Assembly (NCBI RefSeq): GCF_001194135.2
Contig: NC_068985.1
Location: 40,815,016-40,879,015 of the forward strand
DNA length: 64,000 nucleotides
Source: Octopus bimaculoides
Lineage: Eukaryota
Direction of reading: 5' to 3'
Within the stretch, counting starts at the first letter, position 1; each line of letters begins with the position of its first letter. The notes beneath the pieces are model-generated. The model made no database searches and had not been told where the DNA came from. It saw only the letters and a program-made list of their open reading frames with translations. This document shows positions 13,490-26,733 of this stretch, piece after piece. The translations under genes were made by a program, and so were the position numbers.

Positions 13490-14990
13490 GACAGTTTATA
13501 TGTCTGAGGATAACATCTTTCCTTTCAGCAAAATGCAAAAGAGATCGTGGCTATTGCCTTTTTTCTTCTTTTTCTTCAAGCAGCTGCTAAGAGGAATTTC
13601 ACAATACTACATTAGGAACTTCTGTCCTCCATTAGTTTTAGCAGGTTATCAATTTCCTGCTGTGTGTGTCTGCCAATGTTCTGAATGTAGTTGAATGGTC
13701 TTCATTCTCTATTAAATTACTGAAGTTTCCAAAACATGACATTGAAAATGGTATCCATTATAACAGCAGTAGCCACTAAATATCTTGTATTGAGAATCAA
13801 TAACAGAGATAGGTGGAATGTGTCCATAAATCTCCTCTTTGGTCTTGTGCTCATGCTGTGAGATGTTCCAAAACCTCATGAGAAGTCTGGTGATGTTGAA
13901 GCTCCTTCTTCAAAGTCCAGATTTTGTCTTAAAAAAGGCCAGTGTTGTTGACATTGAAATATCTAATTGCCAGATGTTTTAAAGTTAGTTGCAAGTTCTC
14001 CAGACTTTTTCCCTATGCGTCAAAAAGTCTTATTGCTAATCAAAATAAGACCTGTGGAAACAGAGTGGCTGATGGTTTTCATCTTCACTGATGGTCATGT
14101 ACCTAGGCTTCTTTATATTGAAAAAGAGACCAACTTTGGATGCAGCATTCTCAAAGGATGTTATTAAGTCTTGTACATCACACAGTTAAAGCTTGTAAGA
14201 GAAAGAACATCAACATGGACAAGGTTGGAGAGATGCAAGCTCTGCTGATATCTTGATCACATTTGCATGATGGTGAGGCTATTGTTTTGGATGGGGGTCA
14301 AGATTTTGCCTAAAGATGTAGTCAATTACAATCACATAGAGCAGTGGTTCCCAAACTTTTTAGAAACGCGACCCACTATTTATGACACCAGTTTATGGTG
14401 ACCCACTTAACTCTACTGCGTTAGGGTTAGGGTTATATTAAATATGAAACAAAACGTTTTATAACTGTTTGAACGTCTCCATACCCTATGGGCAGGTATT
14501 AACTCTAATACAAAACCTCGAAGCAGTAACTGTTATCGGCTCGATCAGTGTTGTACTGCGCCTAGTTAAAGTTCTCTATAAATAGGTAAAAACAGACTTC
14601 TTCTTTTTACGATTACGTACGAATAAATAACTTGAGAAAATGACCACCTCTGATTTGTTAAGTTCGTGAAAAAAGCCTACTGCTTGATAAAACAATCAGT
14701 CTGGTATTGAAAACATGAGTCTTGAACTATCTCGATAGACAGCGGTTAATGAAAGCTAATGCGTAATTTTATAACTTTTTGCGACCCACTAGGATTCCGT
14801 TCACGACCTATCAGTGGGTCGCGACTCATAGTTTGGGAACCACTGACACAGAAATGGAATCAAAGTGTCACACTGAAGGATTTTTGCAATTGTTAGAAAC
14901 CAGAATACCATTGATCATAAATTTGCTTCATCTGAGCTGACCCAGGGTTGAACTACAACTACAGTTCAAAGAAAAGAAAAAAAAAAACAG
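13490..14990 (-). pseudogene. Decayed RTE-clade LINE reverse transcriptase remnant, split by the hAT MITE
   Basis: Minus-strand remnants QCDTLIPFL..IVIDY (QGDTLAPFLF-like), ENAASKVGLFFNIKK, TRLLMRFWNISQ.EHKTKEEIYGHIPPIS; many stops. Confidence 0.7.
14342..14845. mobile_element. hAT (Charlie-like) MITE, 504 bp
   Basis: Perfect 15-bp TIRs cagtggttcccaaac / gtttgggaaccactg; 8-bp TSD acatagag / acacagaa. Confidence 0.88.
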
Positions 14991-16699
14991 CCTAGTAAAA
15001 TGACAAAACATATAGTGTGAAGAAGACCTGGAGATCACATGATCAATCCTCTGTTTTGAATTATTCAATCTCTTCAGCTGCACATATTGTTAAATGTGGA
15101 TTTTCAAGTATGAGAAGAATCTCCCCTATTAAACATGCTAATATAAGAAATCCACAAACTGAAGATGCTAAACCAATTCTATTTTCATATGTAATGAAGC
15201 TGTAATTTTGTTTTTCTTCTATATTTGATCCAAATTATTTAAATGTAGTAACTTGTAACATATATACACACACACACACACACTACTCTTAGTGATTTCT
15301 AACAGAGGCACAAGGTCTCAGATTGTGATGTGTATTATATAACAAATAGCAAGTACTTTCGTCTCATGAGCATTGGTATTAAGATTAAATTACAAAACTA
15401 TATTTTGCATACCTCTCAGGAGCTCCTCGATATTTTCAGCATCAGCAAAAATTGTTCTATTGTCAGCAGATATAAGATAAAGATAGATGCATTCTAAACA
15501 AACTGTTACAACTCATTTGGAGTTGAACATTTTCACTAGCACATAAATCGCTACAGTAAAACTTAAATATTTAGATTACTCTGTTAAATATAAGCTTATT
15601 TATTCACATTGTTTCGAATAAATTATGCATTACACCATAGCTACGAGATTTCAATGATGTGTTTGTTTATTTCTAGAATGATATTGTTGGGTAGATGTGA
15701 GAGGTCAGATCTGGCTGGTTTGAATGTAAAATGGGTAGAATATTTGAGCCAGATATGGCCTGTTTAAACAACAAATTTGAGAGGATGCAAAATTGTCTAA
15801 CATTTGAATAAGAAAATAACCAAAATTTCCTTTTTTTTTTTATGTGGTTGCATTAGCTAAATCACTACAACACATATCATCATTATTCAATAATCCTATT
15901 TGTTATTTCTTTAGTAGAAGCATGTGGTCTAGTTGGGCTCATGGTCATTACAGTGTATTCAATTCCTGGATCAGGCAGTGCACTGTGTCCTTCAGTAAAA
16001 CATTCCGTTTACTCAGCTGCAAATGAGTAACAGCCTAGTGCATCCATTTCTTCCTCAGCTGTTATAACCTGCAGGATCAAAGGTGAGAGAACTTAGAAAG
16101 TGTCTATACTTGCTCCTGGCTAGATAAGTGCCTAAAACAATTAGTAAAAGCATAGTATATGCTAATGAGTCATACTTGCTTGCAAGTGATGGCTATGATT
16201 TTATGGTTACATGCCATTAGCTTCTATGGTTACAGAGAACCCATCTATGTATACAATCAAATACAGCTTCACAGCCTTGGTCATAGAAACCATGATTCAA
16301 ATGGCAGCTTGCCTATTCCTTTCGTTCCAAATACATTTATAAGATAACTAATATAAACCTTGCCAACTGTTGACTATAATCTTATCTCCCTTTAATTAAT
16401 ACAAGCATGATAATCTCGATGAAAAACTGGAGCACTAATGGATTTCTTCTTTATCAGTTTGAATTTTTCCACTAAACCAGACAAGATTTATTGAGAGTGC
16501 TTAACAGAACAACCAATCACCTTAAGTATTTCAGATATTTTACAACACACACACCAATTCTATCAATTTGCTCCCTTAATAATAATTTTTAGACTAGCAC
16601 AAGGTCTTTCATTTTAGGGGAGAAGGTATAGTTGATGAAATCAACCTCATATACATAGACGAGTGAATTTTCTGGCAAAATTGCCTGTTTATGGGCTCA

Positions 16700-16900
16700 A
16701 TCTTTCTCATATCTCACATCTATGACTTTCTGCCAAAGTGCACCATCAACTCTGATGTGTCCTAACGGTTGACTTTCTTCCCCACTGCTTTTCCTTGTAA
16801 ACATCAATCTACTTGCTGTCACATTCAGCAATGTCTGCTTTTACAGAAGTGATACCATCCTCACTCATCTTCTACTGAAGCCACAGCCATCTGCAACCTA
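16700..16900 (-). mobile_element. Decayed RTE LINE 3' coding remnant
   Basis: Starts RLQMAVA.. (RLRW.GH-like), followed by a region resembling the RTE C-terminus. Confidence 0.45.
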
Positions 16901-17863
16901 AAAAACCTTATACTAAATATGTACAGATTGTGTTACTGTCTCCTTGCTTTGACTTCATGTGATTGTTGTAAACGAATGTCACCATCAGGCATGTAGTGTC
17001 TTTCACTTCCAATCTTCCACGAAAAACATGTCTGGTCATGGGAAATGTTGCTTTTGCTTGAAAACAGGTGAGGGTTGGTGACAGGAAGGACATCAAGCTG
17101 TAAAAAATCTGCCTCAACAAATTTCATTGAACCCATGCAAGCATGGAAGAGCAGATGTTAAATGATGATGATGACGACAATGACTATAGAACTTACTGAT
17201 CTTGAGTCATCATCAATCATGCACTTTTAGCATACTTATGTCTCTTCTCTTTATTAATAGTGTCCACCTCCACTCCTTAACTAACCACTACAGCTTGTCC
17301 AGGAAGTTGACCTACTGGGATTCACTCCTGGTATGCTTCCTCACCTCAACTTGCAGCTCTTCAGAAGGAAAGGTAAGTACATCAATTACACTACTTTCAG
17401 AGAGATTATGAAGGCCTAGACATATCTTCGTCCCCCAGACCAAGTCAAACAAAAATAAACTGTAATCCATGACACTCATCATCATTGTTATCATTTTTAC
17501 ATTTCTTTTTCCATGTTGGCCTGGATTGCACAAATTGCTGTCGACCAAGTCCTTAGTCAGAGTTACTGCACTCCTTGATAGTTTGGGATATCTTGCTCAT
17601 ATAGTCCATTTTTTGGCATGTTTTTTATACCTGTGTATCCTCCTACCACAAACCAGTTTACAGGGTGTACTAAGTACATTTTATTGTGCCTGATGTTGTT
17701 TCAGTTCATTTGCCAACCACTTTCTAGTGTATTGAGTACACTTTATCATGTCACCAGTACTAGAGGAGGAACCTTGTCTCTGGTAAGGCTAAAGAGTCCT
17801 TTCTGCTCTACAGTGTCTCCATTCACTTGTTTACAATCTTTATCTTTTTTAGACCATTTAAAC

Positions 17864-18152
17864 AAGGAATTCTCAACCATTTTTTTGATCTATGGACCTC
17901 TTTGATTTCTATTTTATTCTGGTGGACCCCACCATAGCAGTTCAATGATTAAAAACTAGTTTTATAGGAACTTCTTTCAATATTCCTATTTTATTTTCAC
18001 ACATTAACTTGTGTACATACTTCTAAAGCAAAATTATTTCATGGCCCTTAAAATACTATTGTGGATCTCCAATTTACTATTTTGTGGTGTGGAACTCAAA
18101 AAATGTTATATGGACCCTCAGGGGCCATATGAACCCTCGTTGAGAACCACTG
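17864..18152. mobile_element. hAT MITE, 289 bp
   Basis: Ends aaggaattctcaacc / gttgagaaccactg; TSD atttaaac / acttaaac; same family as 32968-33297 in opposite orientation. Confidence 0.8.
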
Positions 18153-18789
18153 ACTTAAACCCTCAAAACAATGGCCTCAGTGGTGATGCACTGACTGCAA
18201 AGACAACCACTTTCTATTGCCGCATCCATTTCTACTGTATATTCCAAAGTTTCTAATTTGAATTTCAAACTTTGGAAAATTTAGAAAGTAGCATATGATG
18301 TTTACAGGGATATATCACTTACAGGGATCAAAGAGAGATTTGATAAAATTTCTCAGTAACTTTCATAAAGCAATGAAATATAGGAAGGCTTTTAAATGCC
18401 AAACTTGCAGTATAGAGTTGTGATATCAAGAGTTTGGGAAGGAGAAAACTTCAGTCCTTTTGTTCATTCTTCCTTCAATGTGAAAGTTTGGAACAAAACT
18501 TGTAGGAATTTTTCACATTTATTTTTACTATTTTACACCTAGAAGAGATATAATATTCATACATTTGCATTTAAAATTGGAGAAATGTGCATGCACATGT
18601 GCACACACAAACACACACGCTAGAAAGAGAGGTTTGTGTGGTCACTTGATCTTCAAAAACAGTTGCCAAATTCCTCTTAAATCCCCTTCTTACAAAATTT
18701 AAGACACTAAAAGTTTAATATAGTACATTAAAGTCAGTGACACAAGCTAGAGGTATCGTCGATAACCGCGTGGTTACAAGTCGTAGTTT

Positions 18790-19250
18790 TATTTGCAGTC
18801 GAATGTAAGAAGCAAAAAAAGAATTGTTTTTGAAAGAAAACTTCGTACAAGAACAAGTATTTGGAATTTTACCTCTTAGGAATAAGTATCGTTTTCATTT
18901 GTTTATTTTCTTTTAACTTAGGTAACATTTGAGTTACGACTTAATCTTTGTTTACTTTCTGAGAATTCTCACTATAATTTTCATTCAACTTTTATTACAG
19001 CGACCACTTAGCTTTGATTCTCTTTGAAAAATAGAAACCATTTTTTTGATTCTCTTTGTTGATTTTCTTTCAAAATTATCCCTAATTGTGGTATAGAGTT
19101 TTTGGCTGCTCTTTCTGGTGGGTTAGATGTCCTATTATAGGCATCTCTGTATTTTAAATGAATAATATATAGTCTAATTTTTTCTTCTCGCTAGACCACT
19201 GGTAGTAAATAAAATTTGTAAAGTTTTTTTGCTACCCTGTGATTTATAAA
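18790..19250 (-). mobile_element. Possible highly decayed Penelope GIY-YIG remnant
   Basis: Weak motif resemblance only (IKAKWSL); many stops. Confidence 0.2.
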
Positions 19251-19261
19251 TAAATAAATAA

Positions 19262-19302
<41 letters not shown>

Positions 19303-20519
19303 CACACATACATACATATATAGGGTAGGTTATACAAAGAGAGAAGTAGTACTTACTAGAATTTGGAATTTAGTGGAATCTGGGGTAGAACAAAAACAGA
19401 AGGGTAAAACAAAATTGGGTTAGAGTGGAATTATTTTGGTTACAAGAGAGGGCTGACAAAATTAAATACAGAAGAAAACTAGTTCCTATTTTTTTTGTAT
19501 ATATGTATATTTATTTGCGTATGAGGAGTATATATATATATATATAGTGTGATAGATCTTCTGTTGTTTTAAACTATGAGCATTCAGTTGTTGGTTCAAA
19601 TGAACTACCTACTCACTAAATTAATGTGTAAGTGGCTGAGTTAATTCAACAAGCATATGGGTTTAATATAACTCTCAGACTGAATCAGCATGACACAATA
19701 GTAATATGTGACAATGCATTGTCATGTATTACTATAGTGTCACGCTGATACATTACCTTTGAATTACAAGTAAAGTTCATCAGACAGACTTTACAAACAG
19801 TCCTTGTCTAGCTAATTTCACTCACAAGGCTTGGGTTGATCTGAGGCTCTAATGAGAGACACTTGCCCATGATGCCATGCCATAGGATTGAACCTAGAAC
19901 TTCCTTGTTATGAAAAAAGCTTTTTAAGTATTTAGCTTTGCTTGTTCTTGCTGCTCTGTCCCCCCCACACACATGCACGTGATGTATGTGAAAGATTTCT
20001 GCATAGATATATGTATGTTTATCATCTTCTGGTGTTCACATTTTAAGTAACAATTTATTGCGACATCAGCAAAACACAATAACAGCAACGGACAACAAAA
20101 ATAACATTTATAATAATGCCATAAACAACAAAAACAACCCCAGTAGCAGTAGTAATGTCCTTGCAATCTCAAAGATGTGTGTCAAGATAAACAAACAATA
20201 TTATACACTATCATATTTCATCATTATAATAATTGGTATCATTTTAATATGTTTCCAAGCTGACATAGGTTCAAAAGATCTGAAAAGCTGCTAATCATTC
20301 CTCAAACAATTTTATTTCCACAACAAACCTGAGACCTTGATCCTAAGAAATTATTTCAGGGAAACAATAACTTAAAAGAAAAATTTTTTTTCTCCTTTGC
20401 AACTGAGAAAATAGTAAGAAGTTTCTAAAATTCGGAAATATTCTTATACAGTTACATAACAGACTTTCTCGTGTTGGTGAGAGATCTTCAACTGAGTCTT
20501 CATCATTGCTGCCACCACT

Positions 20520-21005
20520 GTCATCATCATCATTTTACAATGCTTGTATGGGTTGAACAGGTCCTTTCCAACACAGCATCCTGCCACTTGCTGTGTTCCT
20601 TTGTCATTTTCTGTGTAAGGTTCAGCTTCCTGAGATCAGCTTTCTACCCAGGTTCCTTCCATTTGGATATTCTGGCACTTCTTTATCCCACCTATCTATC
20701 ACCATCGATATGCACACACTTTAAGATTCCTCTTATACCCAGTTTTCCCTCACAGTTTGAATGTGCCACATCATTCATGCACACTAACATTATACATCAT
20801 GCTTTCTTTCCAACTTTTGCCCATCCTTGCATTCAGTGCTCAAGTTTCACAACTGTGCAGCATTGTAGTTTGTACACAATGCATCATACAAACAAACCTT
20901 TACTCAGAGAGAGAATCCCTTATTGGCAAACTTTTCTCACTCTATTGTAGTTATGGTTACCATACTTTCTGAATACCCCACTCCACAGCAGGTTAGTCAT
21001 TTCAT
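20520..21005 (-). mobile_element. RTE LINE 3' fragment
   Basis: Decayed KGFSL.VK..LYDA.V..MLH.CETW and DLRKLNLTQKMTK..W.DAVLE motifs, then the CCCATRCAAGCAT tail and (GAT)n. Confidence 0.75.
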
Positions 21006-21499
21006 CTAGTCAATAAACAAACTGAATCTGTGCATTAAAAATTTCCTGTGTTGTCATCATCATCATCATCATCATTGTTATTGTCTTAACATCCACTTCT
21101 CTATGCTTGCCTGAATTAAATGAAATTTATGGAGGCAAATTTTCTACAGCTGGATGCCCCTCCTGTTGCTAACCCCTGCTTGTTTCCAAGCATGGAAATA
21201 TTCCCCATGACCAGATGTTTTTCATGAAAATGAAGCACAATGCATGTATGACAGTGACAACTATCATATAAAGTCAAGCTAACAAGACAGTAACCCCCCC
21301 CCTCCCCCACACACACATGGTTTCATTCAATTTTCATCAATGAAATTCACTCACAAGGCTATAGTAGAAGACAGTTGTTGAAGGTGCCAAGCAATGGAAC
21401 TGAAGCCGAGACCATGTGGCTGGGAACCAAAATTCTTACCATACAACCATGCCCCAAAAAACCCCATTATTAATGGAGCCAACGAAGAATCTTTGTGGT

Positions 21500-21690
21500 T
21501 ACAAGACGTAATAGAAACAATAGCCAAACTTCCTTTCAATCACACATTAGTGTCTTTAAAAAAAAAAAAAGAAAAGACACTTTGGAAACTATGGTTCCAG
21601 AATGACTGTCTGAATAGAATACGACAGGGAAGCATTTAATCATTATGTCTTCTTAATCAAAGATGACCTGGGGCTAAAACAGCAACCCCA
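21500..21690 (+). mobile_element. Dispersed repeat family (tagaaatagcagccaaatct...gacctggggctaaacaacaac)
   Basis: Related copies at about 4985-5180(-), 8430-8590, 18640-18760, 39990-40290(-), 40600-40790, 46545-46740 and 47030-47280. Confidence 0.6.
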
Positions 21691-22625
21691 GTTTGGCATC
21701 TATTTAAAAGAAAAAGAGTGATGTGCTACAGTACAGATGTATCAGTTTGAGGTGGCAACAAGCTGTGCATGCATCCTGGTTTCAAATCCTGCCAGTAATC
21801 TATCCATTTCATTGTAATTATATATGTCATGAGAAAATAAAGTATGGTTACCATAAGTTTTTATACTTGCCACTTTGCCTTTACTTAGTACTGGAGACAA
21901 CCCCCCACCACCTAAAAAATCCCAAACAAACTGAAACTGTATTATTATTTTATAGTTGTTTCAGTCATTAGACTGTGGCCATGCTAGGTTACCACCTTGA
22001 AGAATTTTTAGTTGAATGAATCAACTCAGTACTTTTTTTTTTCTAAAGCCTGGTACTTATTCTGTAGGCTCCTTTTGCTGAACTGCTAAGTTACAAGGAC
22101 GTAAACACACCAAGACTTTTTGTCAAGCAGTGGTGGCGGTGGTGGGGTGGACAAGGAGACGCAAAGATACACACGCATACACACACACACACAATTGGCT
22201 TTGTTTAGTTTCCATCTACTAAATCCACTCACAAGGCTTTGGTTGACCGAGGCCATAGTAGAGGACACTTACCCAAGGTGCTACACAGTGAGACTGAATC
22301 CAGAACCATGTGGTTGGGAAGCAAGCTTCTTACCACACTACCATGCCTGCACCTATACACATTTTAAAGGATATATCAGAGATACAGTGAAGTGTTACAT
22401 AAACTGCTTCACATTATTTTTTAGATTAAGCATGGGCAAACCTTTTTTGAGAGACAGGCTGGTTCATCATCAGGCAGATTGCACTATGAAAAGAATTTAA
22501 GGTAATTTTTCATTAGGAGAGCCACAAGCTGCCCATGACTAATTTAGATCCTTTTATGATCTCAGTTCAAATCCTGCTGAGTGAAGTTGACTTTACTTTT
22601 CATCTTTCTGGCCTTGATACATTAA

Positions 22626-22751
22626 CCTTTAGCATGCTTAGTGCATCATGTCACCACGAGTTTTCTCCCCTGTAGCTGAAGGTGCATTGTGTTGCAATGA
22701 AAGGGGAGAAAACTCATATGGTGACATGATGTGCTCACAATGTGCTAAAGG
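22626..22751. mobile_element. Palindromic piggyBac-type MITE, 126 bp
   Basis: TTAA|cctttagca ... tgctaaagg|TTAA, plus an inner inverted repeat of about 28 bp. Confidence 0.82.
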
Positions 22752-24738
22752 TTAAATAACAGTTATGTATTGGTGTTAACTCAGCTAATATTATCTTTCA
22801 ACACATTGTGTCAACATGGCAAACAATTATTTTAATTTAATAGGTCTCAGATTGGAGATTTTCAATTTTAAACAATCAAGATTAATAAGTGCAGGCATGG
22901 CTCTGGGGGTTAAGAATCTCACCTTGAAACTACACAGTTAGGGGTTCCAATCCCACTGTGTAGACACTGTAGATGGCATCCTCTGCAACCGCTGCAGGTT
23001 GACCAATACGTTGTAAGTGAAATTGGCTGAGGGAAACTGGAAGAATCCTGTTGTCTATGTGCATGTGATTGACTGCATATTCTCCCTTATCTTGTCATGC
23101 ATGTGCTGACTGTAAACAAAAGCCTCACCATTCATATAGTGTCATTTATTTGCAGTTTTCTGCAAAAGTATGTCTGGGTTGTTTGCTTGTTTTGATAGAC
23201 TAGTGGATTAGTACTTTACTAAGAAACAGATGGAGATTAGCATCAGAAAGGGAAAATTCTACTTCAATAAAGTCTCATCTGACCCCCTTAAATATGAAAA
23301 AGTAGCTGTTAAAACAATGATGATGATAATGATGGTTGGTTTGAAAATTTGGTTTTTGTTTTGTGTTCAAATACATGTTTTGATAAATTTGCAAATTCAA
23401 TTGAGGTCTGTATATGTATATTTCTGCCTATGTAAAGTAATCCATTTTAGTAAACCACCTGGTTCACCAGTCCTCAGTCAAATCGTCCAACCCATGCTAG
23501 CATGGAAAGCGGACGTTAAACGATGATGATGATGATGATGATGAAGAATTGCACGAATGTCAATGATGTTTTGTTTATTAGAGAAAGGATATTTGAATAA
23601 AAAATATTTAAATTTAACTATAAAAATAAAAATAGAATAAATATGGAGTATGTTTTCAAACAAATCTAATGACCATTGAGATATTACATACCAAAATAAG
23701 AAAGAAAAAAAAAACAGAAAAGAGAAAAAGTGGGGTTGTTGAAAAATAACCTTTTAAACACACCCAAAAGTTTTTAGAATTTGTCAAGTCATAGGAAAAA
23801 AAACCCAAATCAAATGCCTGACCTGCCAAAATCTATAAATACAAATTCAAAGTATGTTTGTATAGTTTCAGTATCAAAATATCAAGTCTAAAAGTCTAAC
23901 TTTTAAATCCTGTGGAGAATTCTTCAGTTCAAAATTATCCTACTGCCTTGTGCCTATCTTCTTACTCCTGCCCCCCTTTCCTCCTCCTCCCATTGTCTGT
24001 TTCCTTGGTTACTACTGTTTGGTTCCAAAAACTGATACTTAACCTTCACCCTTCTCTGGAGAGTTAGAAGGGATGAGGGGTGGGTGGAGAGTGTGATGGT
24101 AGTAGGGGTAATTTTGGTGTCAGTGGTTGAAACAGTGGTGGTTGAGGTGGTGGTGGTGATGGTGATGGTAAAAGTTAGTAGTTATAGTGATATCAGAAAC
24201 ATATCACATACCAAACACTTCACAGACCTAACACATTTGTATAGCACAACAACCCCCCAAAACACCCAAAGCACAATACACACAAAGCAGACAAGAAACA
24301 CATTCACATATCAGGTCCACAGTGCATAAAACTACACTTATGAGACACATTCACACATATGAATGTGTTTCTTAACTTCAAAACTAGAATTAAAAAAAGA
24401 TTTATCTCCCAAGAATTTGAAACCCTCTCTAAGACCCTTAAGTAAAAACTATTCTAGCTTTGAGGCAGTATGAGATGCAGTGAGAGTTAGTTGCCTTTGG
24501 TAGTTTTTTAAGAGAAATTCGCATTAAGTTACTGAATGTAATAGTGCAGAGACTCATATAGTTCTGGTAGAATAAACAGAAGGAATTTTCTCTTAAACAG
24601 CAAAATAAAACAATTTTGAAAGGAACTTATAAACTATATTTTGGAATATTGTACAATTTTTTTTTTAATGTACAGACAAACAAAATATATATATTTATAA
24701 AAAAATAATTTTGAAGAAGTCCTTGCTAAAAATTAACA

Positions 24739-24938
24739 TTCTTTTATTCTTTTACTTGTTTCAGTCATTTGACTGTGGCCATGCTGGAGCACCGCCTATA
24801 GTTGAAGAAATCGATCCCAGGACTTATTCTTTGTAAGCCTAGTACTTATTCTATCAGTGTCCTTTGCTGAAGTGCTAAGTTACAGGGACATAAGCACACC
24901 AACATCGGTTGTCAAGCAATGCTGGAGGGACAAACACA

Positions 24939-24974
<36 letters not shown>

Positions 24975-25164
24975 CACATACACACACATATATATATATA
25001 CACGATGGGCTTCTTCAGTTTCCATCTACCAAATCCACTCACTAGGCTTTGGTCTGCCCAAGGCTATAGTAGAAGACACTTGCCCAAAGTGCCACGCAGT
25101 GGGACTGAACCCAGAACCATGTGGTTGGGAAGCAAGCTTCTTACCACACAGCCATGCCTGCACC
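24739..25164 (-). mobile_element. Near full-length tRNA-derived SINE with internal (TA/CA)n and a gactgaaacaagtaaaaga tail
   Basis: Box A/B-like head, internal microsatellite. Other copies at about 21945-22353(-), 27050-27415(+), 28195-28605(-), 28905-29330(+), 52520-52840(-), plus fragments. Confidence 0.85.
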
Positions 25165-26526
25165 TATAACTATGCCTGAGCCTATACTTAACATTTTAAA
25201 ATATATTAAACAGGTATCGAAATAGTGCTTTGTGTATTTTATATTTTATGTAAATTATAGTGTCAAATAAAGTGTTGTAACTGCAGTGAAGGCAATAGTA
25301 GTAGTTGTAGTAGTAGTGCATGTTAAGGTGGTGGTGGCATGAGCTTTTGATGATTGAATTAGTTTAGGTGGTTAGGAGTTGCACTGGTGCAGTAGGTGCT
25401 TGTTCTGGTTGGTGGTGGTATGATGATGGTGTTGGTGTTGGTGGTGGCAATGACAGTGGTGTTGGCAATGGTGGTGATGATGGTAGTGTTGGCATTTGGT
25501 GGTAGAGTTAACTGTGCGGGAGAGAGAGAGAGGGAGGGAAAGAGAGGGAGAGAGAGAGAGAGGGGGAGGGAGAGAGAGAGGGGGGAGAGACAGTAGCTGT
25601 ATTTGTGTGATGGTGTGGAAATTTGGCAGAAATGTTTCTTATAATGGTTATGTGGTATGTGGTGAAGGATTATTTCTTAAAGGTTATTCAGTCTCCATGA
25701 AAGTTCAAAAGTGCATCCAAATGCACAAGCAGTATAATACCAAAGTGTATCATTTACCTTTTGCTCATTTCAGTCATTGGACTGAGGCCATGCTGGATCA
25801 CTTGCCTTGAAAGATTTTAGTCAAACAAGTCAACCCCAGGACTTCCATTTTTTGTTTTAAGATTGGTACTTATTCTATCGGTCTCTTTTGGCTGAACCAC
25901 TAAGTTATGGGGATGTAAAACAAAATGACATTAGTTGTCAAGCAGATGAGTATGAGGGGCAAACACTGGCACAAACACACTTCTGGTGCATTGCTGTACT
26001 CAAGAAGACCTGTCCAACACAGCAGAATTGATACTGGTGCCACATAAAAAGCATCCAGTCATAGAAACAATGCCAGAACAAGGCCCATGGCCTTACCAGC
26101 TCTGGTTAAACCATTGAACCCATGCCAGCATGGAGAACAAACATTAACTGATGATGAGGAGGAGGATGATGATGATGACACACACACACACGTCAGGCTT
26201 TCACATAATTTCCATCTACCAAATTCACTCACAAGGCAGTGGTTGACCAAGAGTTCAAATAGAAGACACTCACTCAAGTAGTAGGACTGAACCTGAAACC
26301 ATGTGGTTGTAAAGCAAGCTTCTTAACCACACAGCTATGTAAAAATGTAGGCAAAGAAGAATTATTTGTGGGCTTGAACAACTAAGATACCAGTGGGTCT
26401 TATTTTTTTTTTTTGATGCAATATCAACATGGTTAAGGAGGTAAACAGAGTTTCCATGTGTGATCATCATGTGATCAACAGAAACTGAAAAAGAAATGGA
26501 GAAAGGATTTCAGCTGAAGGTTGTTA

Positions 26527-26733
26527 CGAGGGGGTGTTGGAAAGTTCCTGGCTTTGGGTAACAGAAAATCAGTTATTTATGATTTTATTCAACATATTCC
26601 TCTCTCAGATTCATACACTTATTGCAACAGTCCTTCAGTTTTTCTAAGCCTTGTAAAAGAACTTGGAAAGTTGGACCTCCAACCAAGCCTTTCGTGATGC
26701 CCTTAAAGTCAAGAACTTTTCAGTACCCCCTTG
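26527..26733. mobile_element. mariner-type MITE, 207 bp
   Basis: TA|cgagggggtgttggaaagttcctggcttt ... aaagtcaagaacttttcagtacccccttg|TA. Confidence 0.85.

Noticed and set aside
14421-14435. Interstitial telomere
   Set aside because: Only 2.5 units, inside a MITE.
15413-15493. 81-nt exon-like segment (CIYLYLISADNRTIFADAENIEELLR)
   Set aside because: Open only in phase 1; spliced into the phase-2 intron it gives a stop; no recognisable homology. At most a cryptic or poison exon.
25090-25164. tRNA-like sequences with box A/B
   Set aside because: They are SINE heads continuous with SINE bodies; no cloverleaf tRNA gene was seen.
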